Below, piece after piece: positions 38,372 through 48,358 of a DNA stretch of 64,000 nucleotides. This DNA is from Candidatus Parvarchaeota archaeon. GTDB lineage: Archaea; Nanobdellota; Nanobdellia; JAFCGN01. How positions within the stretch are numbered: position 1 is the stretch's first letter; each line of letters opens with the position of its first letter. Under the pieces are notes generated by a model, which was not told the DNA's origin, did no database searches, and worked only from the letters and a program-made list of their open reading frames with translations. The position numbers and the translations under genes are program-made. The stretch lies in assembly GCA_017608045.1 (NCBI GenBank), contig JAFCGN010000001.1, positions 12,241-76,240 of the forward strand, in the 5' to 3' direction.

Positions 38372-39583
38372 TCAAATATTCAAATTTTCTTCAATTATTT
38401 TAGATAATTTTTCACTTGTTTCTTTACTTATATTCAATTCAATCTCTTTTGTCCTACCATACCTCCCCTTACTTATTACTTTTGTTGTAATTATACCCAT
38501 CATATCAAACTCATTTATTAAATCGCTTACCCTTCTTTGAGTAAGATTTTTTAATCCTGCCTTCAAACAAAGATTTTTATATAAATTATAAACCAAACCA
38601 GTATGATTTTCAGAATTTTCTTCATTAAATTTATCCATTGAAAGAATTGCATATAAAACAGTTAAAGATTGTTTTGGAAGGCCTTTAATTAACTCAACAA
38701 CTTGATCTGTTTCAATTTTTTCATCTGCTTCATCTATATGCCTTTCTAAAATAGTTTCACAATTTTCTCTTTCTGCAAGTTCTCCAGCAACTCTTAACAA
38801 ATCCAAAGCTTTTCTTGCATCTCCATGCTCTCTTGCAGCAAAAGCAGCACATTTAGCAATCACTGCTTCAGAAACAACACCATTAACAAAAGCAATCTTA
38901 CTTCTTGACTCTAAAATATCTTTCAATTGCAATGCATCATAAGGAGGGAATATTATTTCTTCTTCATTCAGAGAAGACCTTACTCTCGGATCTAAATTTG
39001 ATTTAAAAGTAATATCATTACTTATACCTATAATAGATATTTTAGCTTTTGTTAATTCTGAATTTATTCTTGTTAAATTATAAAGAATTTCATCTCCTGT
39101 TTTTTTAATTAATTGATCAATCTCATCTAAAATAATTAAAATAATTAATTCTTTATCATCAACAGCTTTATAAAACAAGTTATAAACCTCATCAGTAGGC
39201 AAACCCGTAGCAGGAACATCAACACCCATTTCTCTTGCAAGTTGAGCAATCAACCTATATTCAGTATCAGCAACTTTCCTCATTTTGCAATTCAAATAAA
39301 TCACTTTTAAAGAAATGTTCTTATCATTAGCAACTTTTTCCAATTCACTACATACATGTTTAATTGTTACAGTTTTACCTGTTCCTGTTTTACCATAAAT
39401 AAAAAGATTGCTCGGTCTTTCCATGCGAAGAGAAGGAGCTAGAATTTGAGCACACAAATTTATTTGTTCATCCCTATGCGGAATATCATATGGCGTATAT
39501 TTAATTGTTAATGCATCCTTATTTACAAAAATACTTTTTTTATTAAGATAATTTTCAAATAATTTTTGCAAAGATAACTGCAT
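38372..39583 (-). CDS. orc1: Orc1/Cdc6 replication initiator
   Basis: AAA+ Walker A NLFIYGKTGTGKT, Walker B ILDEID, C-terminal winged helix; directly beside the ORB-containing intergenic region. Confidence 0.9.
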   Translation of the reverse strand: MQLSLQKLFENYLNKKSIFVNKDALTIKYTPYDIPHRDEQINLCAQILAPSLRMERPSNLFIYGKTGTGKTVTIKHVCSELEKVANDKNISLKVIYLNCKMRKVADTEYRLIAQLAREMGVDVPATGLPTDEVYNLFYKAVDDKELIILIILDEIDQLIKKTGDEILYNLTRINSELTKAKISIIGISNDITFKSNLDPRVRSSLNEEEIIFPPYDALQLKDILESRSKIAFVNGVVSEAVIAKCAAFAAREHGDARKALDLLRVAGELAERENCETILERHIDEADEKIETDQVVELIKGLPKQSLTVLYAILSMDKFNEENSENHTGLVYNLYKNLCLKAGLKNLTQRRVSDLINEFDMMGIITTKVISKGRYGRTKEIELNISKETSEKLSKIIEENLNI

Positions 39584-39770
39584 TTTTCACACCCACATTT
39601 CTTTTGGAAATTCATATTTTTTCAGGAATTTTTTATTCATTTACTTGAACTCCATATGAAAATTTTTAGTTCCATTTGAAATATATGTTATTCAATTGAA
39701 ACCAGGCTTATAAGTTTTATTGTAAATTTGATAAAACACAGACACCAATATTTCTTATGGAATAAATTTT

Positions 39771-39856
39771 AGATAAAAAGCATTTATTATTTATTTATTT
39801 TCTATATTGTAAATAATAAATATAATAATAAATATAATTATTTATTGAATTCTTAA
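39771..39856. other. AT-rich duplex unwinding element of the origin
   Basis: About 95% A+T stretch (ttatttatttattttctatattgtaaataataaatataataataaatataatta) bracketed by inverted and direct ORBs. Confidence 0.6.
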
Positions 39857-39884
39857 TTTTCTTATGGAACATATTTTTTATTAA

Positions 39885-39907
39885 TTTCCATTAGAAACAA
39901 AGGGGTC
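39885..39907 (+). repeat. ORB element 1
   Basis: atttccattagaaacaaaggggtc. Confidence 0.7.
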
Positions 39908-39936
39908 TTGGGTTTAATCTTTAATTTATGCATATT

Positions 39937-39958
39937 TTCCATAGGAAATAAAGGGGTG
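39937..39958 (+). repeat. ORB element 2
   Basis: ttccataggaaataaaggggtg (identical to ORB 3). Confidence 0.75.
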
Positions 39959-39992
39959 TTTATTTTTTTATTTTTTTTCATTTTTTATTAGT

Positions 39993-40014
39993 TTCCATAG
40001 GAAATAAAGGGGTG
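39993..40014 (+). repeat. ORB element 3
   Basis: ttccataggaaataaaggggtg; about 60 nt upstream of the DP2 start codon. Confidence 0.75.
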
Positions 40015-40073
40015 TGTGTTATTTGTTTTTTATTACAATACACTTTTTAATAACTAATTTAATCATTATTCAT

Positions 40074-43000
40074 ATGAGTATTGACTCTGAGAAACATTAT
40101 TCTAATTACATAGAAAATTATTTTAATTTAATTGAGAAAAGCGTTAATAAAAGTTATGGATTAGCGAAAGAATGCAGAAAAATGGGTTTGGATCCAGAAA
40201 CAAAAGTGGACATACCTCTTGCGAATGATGTTGCGGAAAGAGTGGAAGCATTAATAGGTGCAGAAGATTCTAATATTGTTGGGAAAGGTTTGCCTGAGAG
40301 AATAAGGGAATTTGAGAAAAAATATGGTGCTGGTGATTGGAGAGTAGCTTTGAAAATAGCAGAATCTGTTGCTAAGCAAGAATTTTGTTCTTTTAAATCT
40401 GAAGAAAAAGCTCTTGAAATGGGTGTTAGAACAGGACTTGCATATTTAACTTTGGGTATTGTAAGCGCTCCTTTAGAAGGATTTGTAGAACTTAAACTTA
40501 AAGACAGGATGGATGGTAAGGGTAAATACATTTCATGTTATTTTGCAGGGCCCATACGTGCTGCAGGAGGCACAGCTCAATCTGTTAGTGTTTTGATTGC
40601 AGATTATTTAGGTATTAAATTTGGGTATCAATCTTATGATCCAACACCTGAAGAAATTGAAAGATATATTTCTGAAATAGATTCTTATCATCGAATGATT
40701 TCAAGACTGCAATATTATCCAAGTGATGAAGAATTAGTTTTTTTGTTAAAGCATTTAAGAATTGAAATAAATGGAGATCCTACAAGCAAAAGAGAAGTTC
40801 TTATTCATAAAGATCTTCCGAGAGTTGGAACACCTTTAATCAGGGGGGGTATGTGTTTAGTTCTTGCAGAAGGTTTAAGTCAGAAAGGAAAAAAAATTGT
40901 TAAACAAATTCATAAATGGGGTAAAGAATTTGGCCTTGAAAATTGGCTTTTTCTTGATGAATTCTTAGCATTGCAAAAAAAACTTCATTCTACAACTGAA
41001 AAAACAGATGTTGAAAAAACAGTTGTTTCTAATTCAAGGTTTATTGAAGATATTGTTGCAGGAAGGCCTATTTTTTCATATCCCTTAAAGCAAGGAGGTT
41101 TTAGATTAAGATATGGTAGGTCAAGATTAACTGGATTAGCAGCTGCAGGCATAAATCCAATCACGCTTTACATTCTTGATAGTTTTATTGCAACAGGGAG
41201 TCAATTAAAAGTTGAACGTCCTGGGAAAGCTTGTGCTGTTACTCCTTGTGATTCAATTAGAGGACCCTTAGTTAGATTAGATAATGGTGATTTCATTGAA
41301 ATTAAAACTCAAGAAGAAGCCATTAAATTAAAAGATAGAGTGAAAAAAATAGTTTTTTTAGGTGATATCTTGTTTAATTATGGTGATTTTAGTGAAAATG
41401 GAAGCATGCTTGTTCCAAGTGCTTATGTTCCTGAATGGTGGGTTCTTGATGTAAAAGAAAAAGATATTAACAAAGATTATATTTTTCTCACAGATAATCC
41501 TTTTCAACATATTACTTTTTCAAAAGCTCTTGAAATAAGTAATAATTTAAAAGTGCCTTTACATCCAGATTTTGTGTTTTTTTGGAATAGAATTGAGAAG
41601 GATGACTTAAAATTTCTTGTAAATTTTATTAAAAATAATAGTATTTTTGATAATGAAGAATTAAGAATAAAGAAAGACGCAAAAATTAAAGATTTGTTGG
41701 AGAAATTAGGTGTTATTCATAAAGAAAAAATTGATTTTTATTTAATAGAAAAAGATATTTGCAAAGCTTTTTTATACCAAATAAAAAATAATGGTTTTAT
41801 TAAGAATTTTGAAGGAACCACTGCACTTGAAATTATTAATAATAACACGCCTATTGAAATAAAAGATGTATGTGGCACACCTATTGGGACAAGATTGGGA
41901 AGGCCTGAAAAAGCAAAATTAAGAAAATTAAAAGGAAGTCCTCAATGCTTATTTCCATGCGGGGAGGAGGGTGGAAGACTTAGAAATCTAACTACTTCTT
42001 ATGAAAATGGGTTTGTTGAATCAAATTTTGCTCTTAGGTATTGTGAAAAATGTAATAAACAAACTATTTACACTTCATGCGAACTTTGTGGTAATCCTAC
42101 AATTGAACAAAAATATTGTGTTAAGTGTAAAAAAATTACAAATGAATCCGTGCATTGTGGTGAAGAAACCATTTTTTACTCAAATAGAAAAATTGATATC
42201 AAACATTATATGAATTGCGCATTAAAGAATCTTGGTGTTGAGCTTCCTGTTTTATTTAAAGGTGTAAGGGGTATGACAAGCAAGAAAAAAATACCTGAAC
42301 ATTTAGAAAAAGGCATTCTTAGAGCAATTCATGGCGTTTATGTTAATAAAGATGGCACTATAAGGTATGATATTATTGAAACTCCAATCACTCATTTTAA
42401 ACCAAGTGAGATAAATGTGAGTGTTGAAAAATTAAAAGAATTAGGGTATGAAAAAGATATTAATGGAAATGCTTTGATTGATGAAAACCAAATTATTGAA
42501 TTATTTCCACAAGATTTAATTCTCCCGGATTGCGATTATGAAGGTTCAAGCGCTAAAAAAGAATTATTTAAAGTATGCAATTTTGTTGATGATTTACTTG
42601 TGAAATTTTATAAGAAAAAGCCATTTTATAATTTAAAATCTCCTGATGATTTAGTTGGGCATTTAGTTATAGGTTTAGCTCCTCATACAAGTGCAGGGAT
42701 TGTTGGCAGGATTATAGGGTTCAGTAAGACACAGGGATTCTACGCACATCCAAGTTATCATGCTGCTATGAGAAGAAATTGTGATGGTGATGAATCCTGT
42801 GTTATGATGCTTATGGATGCTCTTCTTAATTTTAGCAGACAATTCTTACCTGATAGGAGAGGGGGCAGAGCAATGGACGCTCCTCTTGTTTTAACTAGTA
42901 AATTAATTCCTAATGAAGTAGATTCAGAAGTTCATGGAATGGATATTGTTAGTTTTTACCCAAAGGAGTTTTATGAAGCAACATTAGATTTAAAATATCC

Positions 43001-43538
43001 GTGGGAAGTTAATATTAAACAATTAGGAGATGTTTTAAACACGCCTGAACAATATGAAGGAATAAAATACACGCATCCTGTATCTAATATTAATTTAGGC
43101 CCTGTTATCTCTTCTTATAAGACAATAGAATCCATGATTGACAAGGTTTTGAAACAAATGAAGTTGCAAGAAAAAATATGCGCTGTTGATGAAGCAGATG
43201 CTGGAGGACGATTAATAAATAAACATTTTATGAAAGACATAAAAGGAAACTTGCGTAAATTTTCTTTGCAACAGTTTAGATGCGTTAATTGCAATACAAA
43301 ATACAGGAGAATTCCTTTAAGCGGGAAATGCCCTATTTGTAAAGGTAGAATCATTCAAACAGTAACAGAAGGAGGGGTTGTGAAATATATTGAACCAGCA
43401 CTTACTATTTCTAAAAAATATAAACTTCCAAATTATTTAAGGCAAACAATTAAACTTGTAAAAAATAATGTTGAAAGCACTTTTGGTGAAGAAAAAGAAC
43501 AACAAACAGATTTGAATACATGGTTTAAAACTTTGTGA
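40074..43538 (+). CDS. dp2: DNA polymerase D large subunit DP2 (catalytic)
   Basis: About 1155 aa with C-terminal zinc fingers (CEKCNKQTIYTSCELCGNPT; CVNCNTKYRRIPLSGKCPICKG) and conserved PolD catalytic region. The track start 40014 adds a hydrophobic stretch overlapping ORB3; ATG 40074 (MSIDSEKHYSNY) is preferred. No intein-sized insertion. Confidence 0.9.
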   Translation: MSIDSEKHYSNYIENYFNLIEKSVNKSYGLAKECRKMGLDPETKVDIPLANDVAERVEALIGAEDSNIVGKGLPERIREFEKKYGAGDWRVALKIAESVAKQEFCSFKSEEKALEMGVRTGLAYLTLGIVSAPLEGFVELKLKDRMDGKGKYISCYFAGPIRAAGGTAQSVSVLIADYLGIKFGYQSYDPTPEEIERYISEIDSYHRMISRLQYYPSDEELVFLLKHLRIEINGDPTSKREVLIHKDLPRVGTPLIRGGMCLVLAEGLSQKGKKIVKQIHKWGKEFGLENWLFLDEFLALQKKLHSTTEKTDVEKTVVSNSRFIEDIVAGRPIFSYPLKQGGFRLRYGRSRLTGLAAAGINPITLYILDSFIATGSQLKVERPGKACAVTPCDSIRGPLVRLDNGDFIEIKTQEEAIKLKDRVKKIVFLGDILFNYGDFSENGSMLVPSAYVPEWWVLDVKEKDINKDYIFLTDNPFQHITFSKALEISNNLKVPLHPDFVFFWNRIEKDDLKFLVNFIKNNSIFDNEELRIKKDAKIKDLLEKLGVIHKEKIDFYLIEKDICKAFLYQIKNNGFIKNFEGTTALEIINNNTPIEIKDVCGTPIGTRLGRPEKAKLRKLKGSPQCLFPCGEEGGRLRNLTTSYENGFVESNFALRYCEKCNKQTIYTSCELCGNPTIEQKYCVKCKKITNESVHCGEETIFYSNRKIDIKHYMNCALKNLGVELPVLFKGVRGMTSKKKIPEHLEKGILRAIHGVYVNKDGTIRYDIIETPITHFKPSEINVSVEKLKELGYEKDINGNALIDENQIIELFPQDLILPDCDYEGSSAKKELFKVCNFVDDLLVKFYKKKPFYNLKSPDDLVGHLVIGLAPHTSAGIVGRIIGFSKTQGFYAHPSYHAAMRRNCDGDESCVMMLMDALLNFSRQFLPDRRGGRAMDAPLVLTSKLIPNEVDSEVHGMDIVSFYPKEFYEATLDLKYPWEVNIKQLGDVLNTPEQYEGIKYTHPVSNINLGPVISSYKTIESMIDKVLKQMKLQEKICAVDEADAGGRLINKHFMKDIKGNLRKFSLQQFRCVNCNTKYRRIPLSGKCPICKGRIIQTVTEGGVVKYIEPALTISKKYKLPNYLRQTIKLVKNNVESTFGEEKEQQTDLNTWFKTL

Positions 43539-43570
43539 ACACACTAAAACTCATTATAATTTTATTTTAA

Positions 43571-44764
43571 TTATAATACTTTTAAGTAAAAAATTATTGT
43601 TGGTATGATTAAAGAACCCATTAAATTTGTCATCGCAATTTCTTTTTTTATGCAAAAATATCCAAGAAAAGAGCTTGAAATTAATATGAATAAACCTTTC
43701 CATGAATCCATTATTAGAACGAATGCAAAAATAAACGCAATAACTGCATAACTTAATTTTCTAATATTTATGTTCTGGAACTTGTTTAAGAGATAATAAC
43801 CTGTTTTTTTATATAAAAAGAAAGCAAGAATCCCACTAATTATTATTGTTAATAATAAATAAAATACATTATTTTGAAGATTCATTATTTTGCTTATTCC
43901 TTCAATAACCCCGCTTCTTGCTTTATTTATACTTAAAAATGCAGCTAATGAAAAAATTACATCGCATGTATTAATGCTTGCCACACTTATTATGAATTCC
44001 TTATCCCTCTCAAACACACTTTTGTTTTTGTTTTTTATTATATCCTTACTTAACATACTTGCTTGAGCAGGACCAATTGATGGAATAAAACTTAATAAGC
44101 TTGCACTTAGAAAACCATTTCCTATGCTTTTAACAATAATTTTCTTGTCTAACTCAACAACTATTCTCTTCATTTGAGAAGGAAGTTTTTCAATATTTTT
44201 TAAAATATTATTTAATAAACTGCTTACGCCAAACAAACCAGTTAATAAAGGTAAAAAAGGTTCTTTCAAGTTTAAACTGAAATTTATTTTCCCAATTATT
44301 CCTGAAAGAATAAAAATTAATAAAGCACTGATTATCTTTTTTTCTTTAAAAATAAGATGTAATGAAATAAAGAGTAAAAAATAGGGAATGAATTGACGAA
44401 TTTCATTGTAAATAAAAGGAATAATCTTTAATTCTATTGGAAAAAATAGAATTGAGAGAAAAAGTCCGCCAAGACACCCTATTGCTACTAAAGTAATAAC
44501 TTCGTTTCCTCTTCCATAAGCTATCATTCTCTGTATTGGGTGAAGAGCAAGTACTTCTCCTTCATTAGGCGCGTTTAAAAGCATTGTTTTTATGAATTCA
44601 AAAAAATTCATACTCACTAATGCTCCGAGAAGAATAAATGCAAACATCTTATTTTTAATAAAGAAAATTAGTGGAACTAATAAGTTAGTATGAAGACCTG
44701 GAATTATGCCTAAAACTAATCCAATTAAGCTTCCAATAATCCCTCCAATTAATGGTTCAATCAA
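43571..44764 (-). CDS. TctA/DUF112-family membrane protein
   Basis: N-terminus MIEPLIGGIIGSLIGLVLGIIPGLHTNLL and repeated GxxxGxxPG TM pattern; 397 aa polytopic. Confidence 0.55.
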   Translation of the reverse strand: MIEPLIGGIIGSLIGLVLGIIPGLHTNLLVPLIFFIKNKMFAFILLGALVSMNFFEFIKTMLLNAPNEGEVLALHPIQRMIAYGRGNEVITLVAIGCLGGLFLSILFFPIELKIIPFIYNEIRQFIPYFLLFISLHLIFKEKKIISALLIFILSGIIGKINFSLNLKEPFLPLLTGLFGVSSLLNNILKNIEKLPSQMKRIVVELDKKIIVKSIGNGFLSASLLSFIPSIGPAQASMLSKDIIKNKNKSVFERDKEFIISVASINTCDVIFSLAAFLSINKARSGVIEGISKIMNLQNNVFYLLLTIIISGILAFFLYKKTGYYLLNKFQNINIRKLSYAVIAFIFAFVLIMDSWKGLFILISSSFLGYFCIKKEIAMTNLMGSLIIPTIIFYLKVL

Positions 44765-44779
44765 TATAATTATTTAAAC

Positions 44780-45271
44780 CTATTTTTTTTGAAGATATTT
44801 TAAACACTTAAGAGCTGTTTTTTTTGGATTTAATCTTGTTGTATTAATTTCAATAATGTTTTTTTGATTCTCAAATGCTTCTTCTCCGCAATAATTGCAA
44901 AGTTCTGCTTCAATATTTTCATTTATTTTCTTCTTTGAATACCCTCTTTTTTTAAGACGTTTAAATAATTCTTTTTCATTGCATCTTAAAATAAAACAAG
45001 AAACAATGTTCTTGTTTTTTATTTCTCCTGCAAACAATGATTCAATTATTACGTAATCCCAATGATATTTTTTTAAAAATTTTTTTAATTCATTTGAATA
45101 AATTTTTACATCAATTATCTTGCATTTTCTTTTTTTATCATACCCTACTATTGCTTTCTTAAAACTTTCACTTGTTAAAACAACTGAATTTTTTAATTTC
45201 TTTTTTAAATTTATACTAACACTTGATTTGCCAGTTCCAGGCACTCCAGATATTAAAATTATTTTTGTCAA
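44780..45271 (-). CDS. small P-loop nucleotide kinase (archaeal adenylate-kinase/Fap7-like)
   Basis: MTKIILISGVPGTGKSS Walker A at the extreme N-terminus; 163 aa. Confidence 0.55.
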   Translation of the reverse strand: MTKIILISGVPGTGKSSVSINLKKKLKNSVVLTSESFKKAIVGYDKKRKCKIIDVKIYSNELKKFLKKYHWDYVIIESLFAGEIKNKNIVSCFILRCNEKELFKRLKKRGYSKKKINENIEAELCNYCGEEAFENQKNIIEINTTRLNPKKTALKCLKYLQKK

Positions 45272-45282
45272 ACTTAATCACT

Positions 45283-47163
45283 TTATATATACGCAATTAT
45301 TTCATTCCCGCTTTCTAATGAATTAATAAAAGTGTGGTATAATTCACTTTTATTTGTTAATTTTATTTTTCCATCATTATTAGTTGTTGCAGTAAAGAGA
45401 TGCTCGTTATTCACATAAAATTTTATGCTTGTTTTTCTTAATTTCTTTCCAAAATCAATTACTAACTTATTTTTAGTATCTTTTAAAGAAAAATTTACTT
45501 TAGTCTTAGTTTGTTCAGAAAATGGTTCTTCTTTACTCATTTCTTTAATATCAATACTAAGGTTTAATTTATGTTCTAATTCTTTTATTGTCTTACCATT
45601 CTTTCCAATAATCAAAGAAATTTTTTCTTTTGGTACAAAAATAATGGCTTTTCCTTCATAAGGAATGTCCACTTCTATTTTTTCATTTTTTCCAATTTTT
45701 TTTTGTATTTCTCTTATTATGCCTTCTTTTGCTAATTCTTTAATAGGTGCTTGTTTTTTTTCACTTTCTTTTATCATATCCTCATTTATTGGCACAACAA
45801 CAGTTTCCTCGCCAAAAGTATACATTTCATAAACAAGTTTGTTATTATCAAAATCCCTTATCTCTATAACAGGTCTTGCTAAATCCTGTTCAAACATTCC
45901 TGTTGGTATTTTAACTGTTATGCTAAGTTCATATGTTTTATCCACTCTACCTTCTTTAATAAATAAAACAGTATCAATTATGCTTGGTATCATTCCTAAA
46001 TCTATTCTTCCAACAAAACGTTGAATAGCATCAATAGGTGTTGTGCCATGTATTACACCAGCTAATCCAATACCTGCTAATCTTAAATCAGTAAATAGTT
46101 TAAAATCATTAGTTGTTCTCATTTCATCAAATATAGTATAATCTGGTCTGCTAAGCAATAAAATATCATGAATTTCATCATTACTCCCTAAATTCTTGGA
46201 ATACTGTGTTATTTCTTCAGGAAGATGCAAATCTCTTGGCGCCTCAATTGTTTTCACAATTTTGTTTTTATTTAAATAAAACTTCGCTAATGCTTGAGCG
46301 AATGTACTTTTTCCATGTCCAGGAGCACCACAAATTAAAATACCCTCTGCTTTTTCTTCTAATCTCTTCACTAATTTCTTATCAAGATTATATTCTTCTA
46401 ATTCAAGTTCTTTTACAGGTCTTGTTGCTGTTATTTCATAACCATCACTGAAAGGCGGTCTTGTAATTATTATTCTGTACTTATCTATTTGAATAATTGT
46501 TGAACCCTTACGTTCTATCTCAACAAAACTATTTTTTCCAAATTTTGAATTCTCCATTAAATTTTCTACAAAATCAACAATTTCTTCCTTTGACAATTTC
46601 TTATTTTTTATTGACACAAAATCCCAATTTCCTGGAGTGCCTTTTTTTGCTTTTGGTTCAACACCCTCTTTTAAGTGAATACTCATTGTGTTCTCATCAA
46701 AAAATTTTTCTATCTTTATTTTAGGCGTTTTTTTCTTTATTTCAATAAACATTAATTTAATCCCTAATGCTTTAGCAACTTCTGCTTGCACTCTATCACT
46801 TGTTATTAAAATGCCATCCATTTCACCAGCAAGATCCCTTATTAATGAATCAATCTCGCCTTTCTTAGCATATTTTATTTGTTGTGGGGATGGCTTGGAC
46901 CCAGCATAATCAAGAAATATTTTTCCCTCTTCACTCAATTTTCTTATTTCCTTTATTTCATCCAATCCCATAAACCCTATTTCTTTTCCAACATTTGCTT
47001 GATGTTCAAGTTCAGCAATAACAGCACTATGTATTATGAGCTTGCCTTTTATCTTATCTTTTTTTATTAAATCTGTTATGAAACCTTCAATTATTGAGCT
47101 AGTGTCAGGCACATAAACTTCTTCTATTGACCATTTATTATCTTCTTTTCTCATTTTTTTCAC
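45283..47163 (-). CDS. PIN-domain / PhoH-like P-loop ATPase / KH-domain protein (archaeal COG1855-type)
   Basis: N-terminal PIN-like region, Walker A ICGAPGHGKSTFAQALA, C-terminal KH motif IIGKNGKTIKELEHKLNLSIDI; 626 aa. Confidence 0.75.
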   Translation of the reverse strand: MKKMRKEDNKWSIEEVYVPDTSSIIEGFITDLIKKDKIKGKLIIHSAVIAELEHQANVGKEIGFMGLDEIKEIRKLSEEGKIFLDYAGSKPSPQQIKYAKKGEIDSLIRDLAGEMDGILITSDRVQAEVAKALGIKLMFIEIKKKTPKIKIEKFFDENTMSIHLKEGVEPKAKKGTPGNWDFVSIKNKKLSKEEIVDFVENLMENSKFGKNSFVEIERKGSTIIQIDKYRIIITRPPFSDGYEITATRPVKELELEEYNLDKKLVKRLEEKAEGILICGAPGHGKSTFAQALAKFYLNKNKIVKTIEAPRDLHLPEEITQYSKNLGSNDEIHDILLLSRPDYTIFDEMRTTNDFKLFTDLRLAGIGLAGVIHGTTPIDAIQRFVGRIDLGMIPSIIDTVLFIKEGRVDKTYELSITVKIPTGMFEQDLARPVIEIRDFDNNKLVYEMYTFGEETVVVPINEDMIKESEKKQAPIKELAKEGIIREIQKKIGKNEKIEVDIPYEGKAIIFVPKEKISLIIGKNGKTIKELEHKLNLSIDIKEMSKEEPFSEQTKTKVNFSLKDTKNKLVIDFGKKLRKTSIKFYVNNEHLFTATTNNDGKIKLTNKSELYHTFINSLESGNEIIAYI

Positions 47164-47260
47164 TTTTTACTAAATAAAAAAATATGTTAATAAACAATAA
47201 AAATAAATTAAATTAAAAATCTTGTTGTTTTATTACTATTAAATAATTTTTTTGAGTAAA

Positions 47261-47698
47261 TTAGATTCCAGTGCTTCCAAAACCATTTTCACTGCGCGAA
47301 GTCTTACTTAATTCTTCAACAACTATTATTTCAGGAACTTCTATTTTATTCACAATACCTTGCGCTATCCTGTCACCTTTTTTTATTTCAAAAACTTTTT
47401 CACTAGCATTAAATAAAATAATACCTATTTCTCCTCTGTAATCACTGTCTATTGTGCCAGGCGCGTTTAAAACAGTTATTCCATGCTTTAATGCTAACCC
47501 GCTTCTTGGCCTTATTTGGAGTTCATAACCTTGAGGTAATTCTATTTTTATTCCTGTTTTAATTAACGCCCAACTCTTAGGCAGCAAGGTTTTTTCTTCA
47601 TTTGCGTGCAAATCAAAACCAGCACTTCCATTTGTTTGATAATTCGGTGTTCTTATGTTTTCATCTAATTTTTTTATTTTAACAATTATTTTTTTCAT
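47261..47698 (-). CDS. dut: dUTP diphosphatase
   Basis: Motifs RSGLALKHGITVLNAPGTIDSDYRGEIGII; 145 aa. Confidence 0.85.
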   Translation of the reverse strand: MKKIIVKIKKLDENIRTPNYQTNGSAGFDLHANEEKTLLPKSWALIKTGIKIELPQGYELQIRPRSGLALKHGITVLNAPGTIDSDYRGEIGIILFNASEKVFEIKKGDRIAQGIVNKIEVPEIIVVEELSKTSRSENGFGSTGI

Positions 47699-47745
47699 TA
47701 TGAAACTAAAAATAATTAAATATTTTAAATTTGTTTTTGTTTTTT

Positions 47746-48309
47746 ATGCTCAAAAGATTATTTATTGGTATTCCATTGCCTGAGAGAGTGAAGGAAGAAA
47801 TATTAAGTATTTCAGAAAAATTTAAATCTTCTGTGAACGCGACTTTTGTTAAAAAAAATAATTATCACATAACTCTTAAATTTTTAGGAAATTCAGAGGA
47901 AAAGAAAATTATTAATGTTTTAAATAAAATAAGGTATGAAAAGTTTGAATTAAGATTGCAGGATTTAGGTGTTTTCCCTAATAAAAATTTTCCGCGAGTT
48001 TTATGGGTTGGAGTTGAAGACAATAAGGATTGCTTGAGATTGCATGAATTAATTAATAAAGCGCTCCCGCAATTCCCTAATAAGAATTCTTTTCATCCTC
48101 ACGTGACTATTGCAAGAATTAAGTTTGTTAAGAATAAACAATTCTTTGAGCACTTATTGAAAGAAAAAATATTTTTTGGAAAAATAAATATTAATTCTTT
48201 CATTCTTTATGAATCAATATTAAATCCTAAAGGAGCTATTTACAAGAAAATAAAAGAATTCCCACTAAAATTAGATAAACCTTATAACAGCAGGATTAGT
48301 AGTAAGTAA
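47746..48309 (+). CDS. thpR: RNA 2',3'-cyclic phosphodiesterase (2H family, ThpR/LigT)
   Basis: Two HxT/SxK-type motifs (HITLKFLG and HPHVTIARI); plausible start is Met6 at 47746. Confidence 0.75.
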   Translation: MLKRLFIGIPLPERVKEEILSISEKFKSSVNATFVKKNNYHITLKFLGNSEEKKIINVLNKIRYEKFELRLQDLGVFPNKNFPRVLWVGVEDNKDCLRLHELINKALPQFPNKNSFHPHVTIARIKFVKNKQFFEHLLKEKIFFGKININSFILYESILNPKGAIYKKIKEFPLKLDKPYNSRISSK

Positions 48310-48358
48310 ACCAAAAAAAAGATTAAGTTTTTAAAGAGTGTTTTTCATTTTTTTTATT

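Larger units (their letters stand above)
39640..40020. other. chromosomal replication origin (oriC) with ORB / mini-ORB elements flanking an AT-rich unwinding element
   Basis: Three same-orientation ORB-like elements with the dyad TTCCA-N3-GGAAA followed by a G-string (tttccattagaaacaaagggg at 39885; identical 22-mers ttccataggaaataaaggggtg at 39937 and 39993). Inverted mini-ORBs ttcttatggaa at 39752 and 39859, and ttccatttgaaat at 39670. AT-rich stretch 39771-39856 between them. Beside orc1/cdc6. Confidence 0.8.

Noticed and set aside
40014-40073. Upstream extension of DP2 (MCYLFFITIHFLITNLIIIH)
   Set aside because: It is hydrophobic and low-complexity, and it overlaps ORB3 and the promoter region. 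ATG 40074 gives a conventional DP2 N-terminus.
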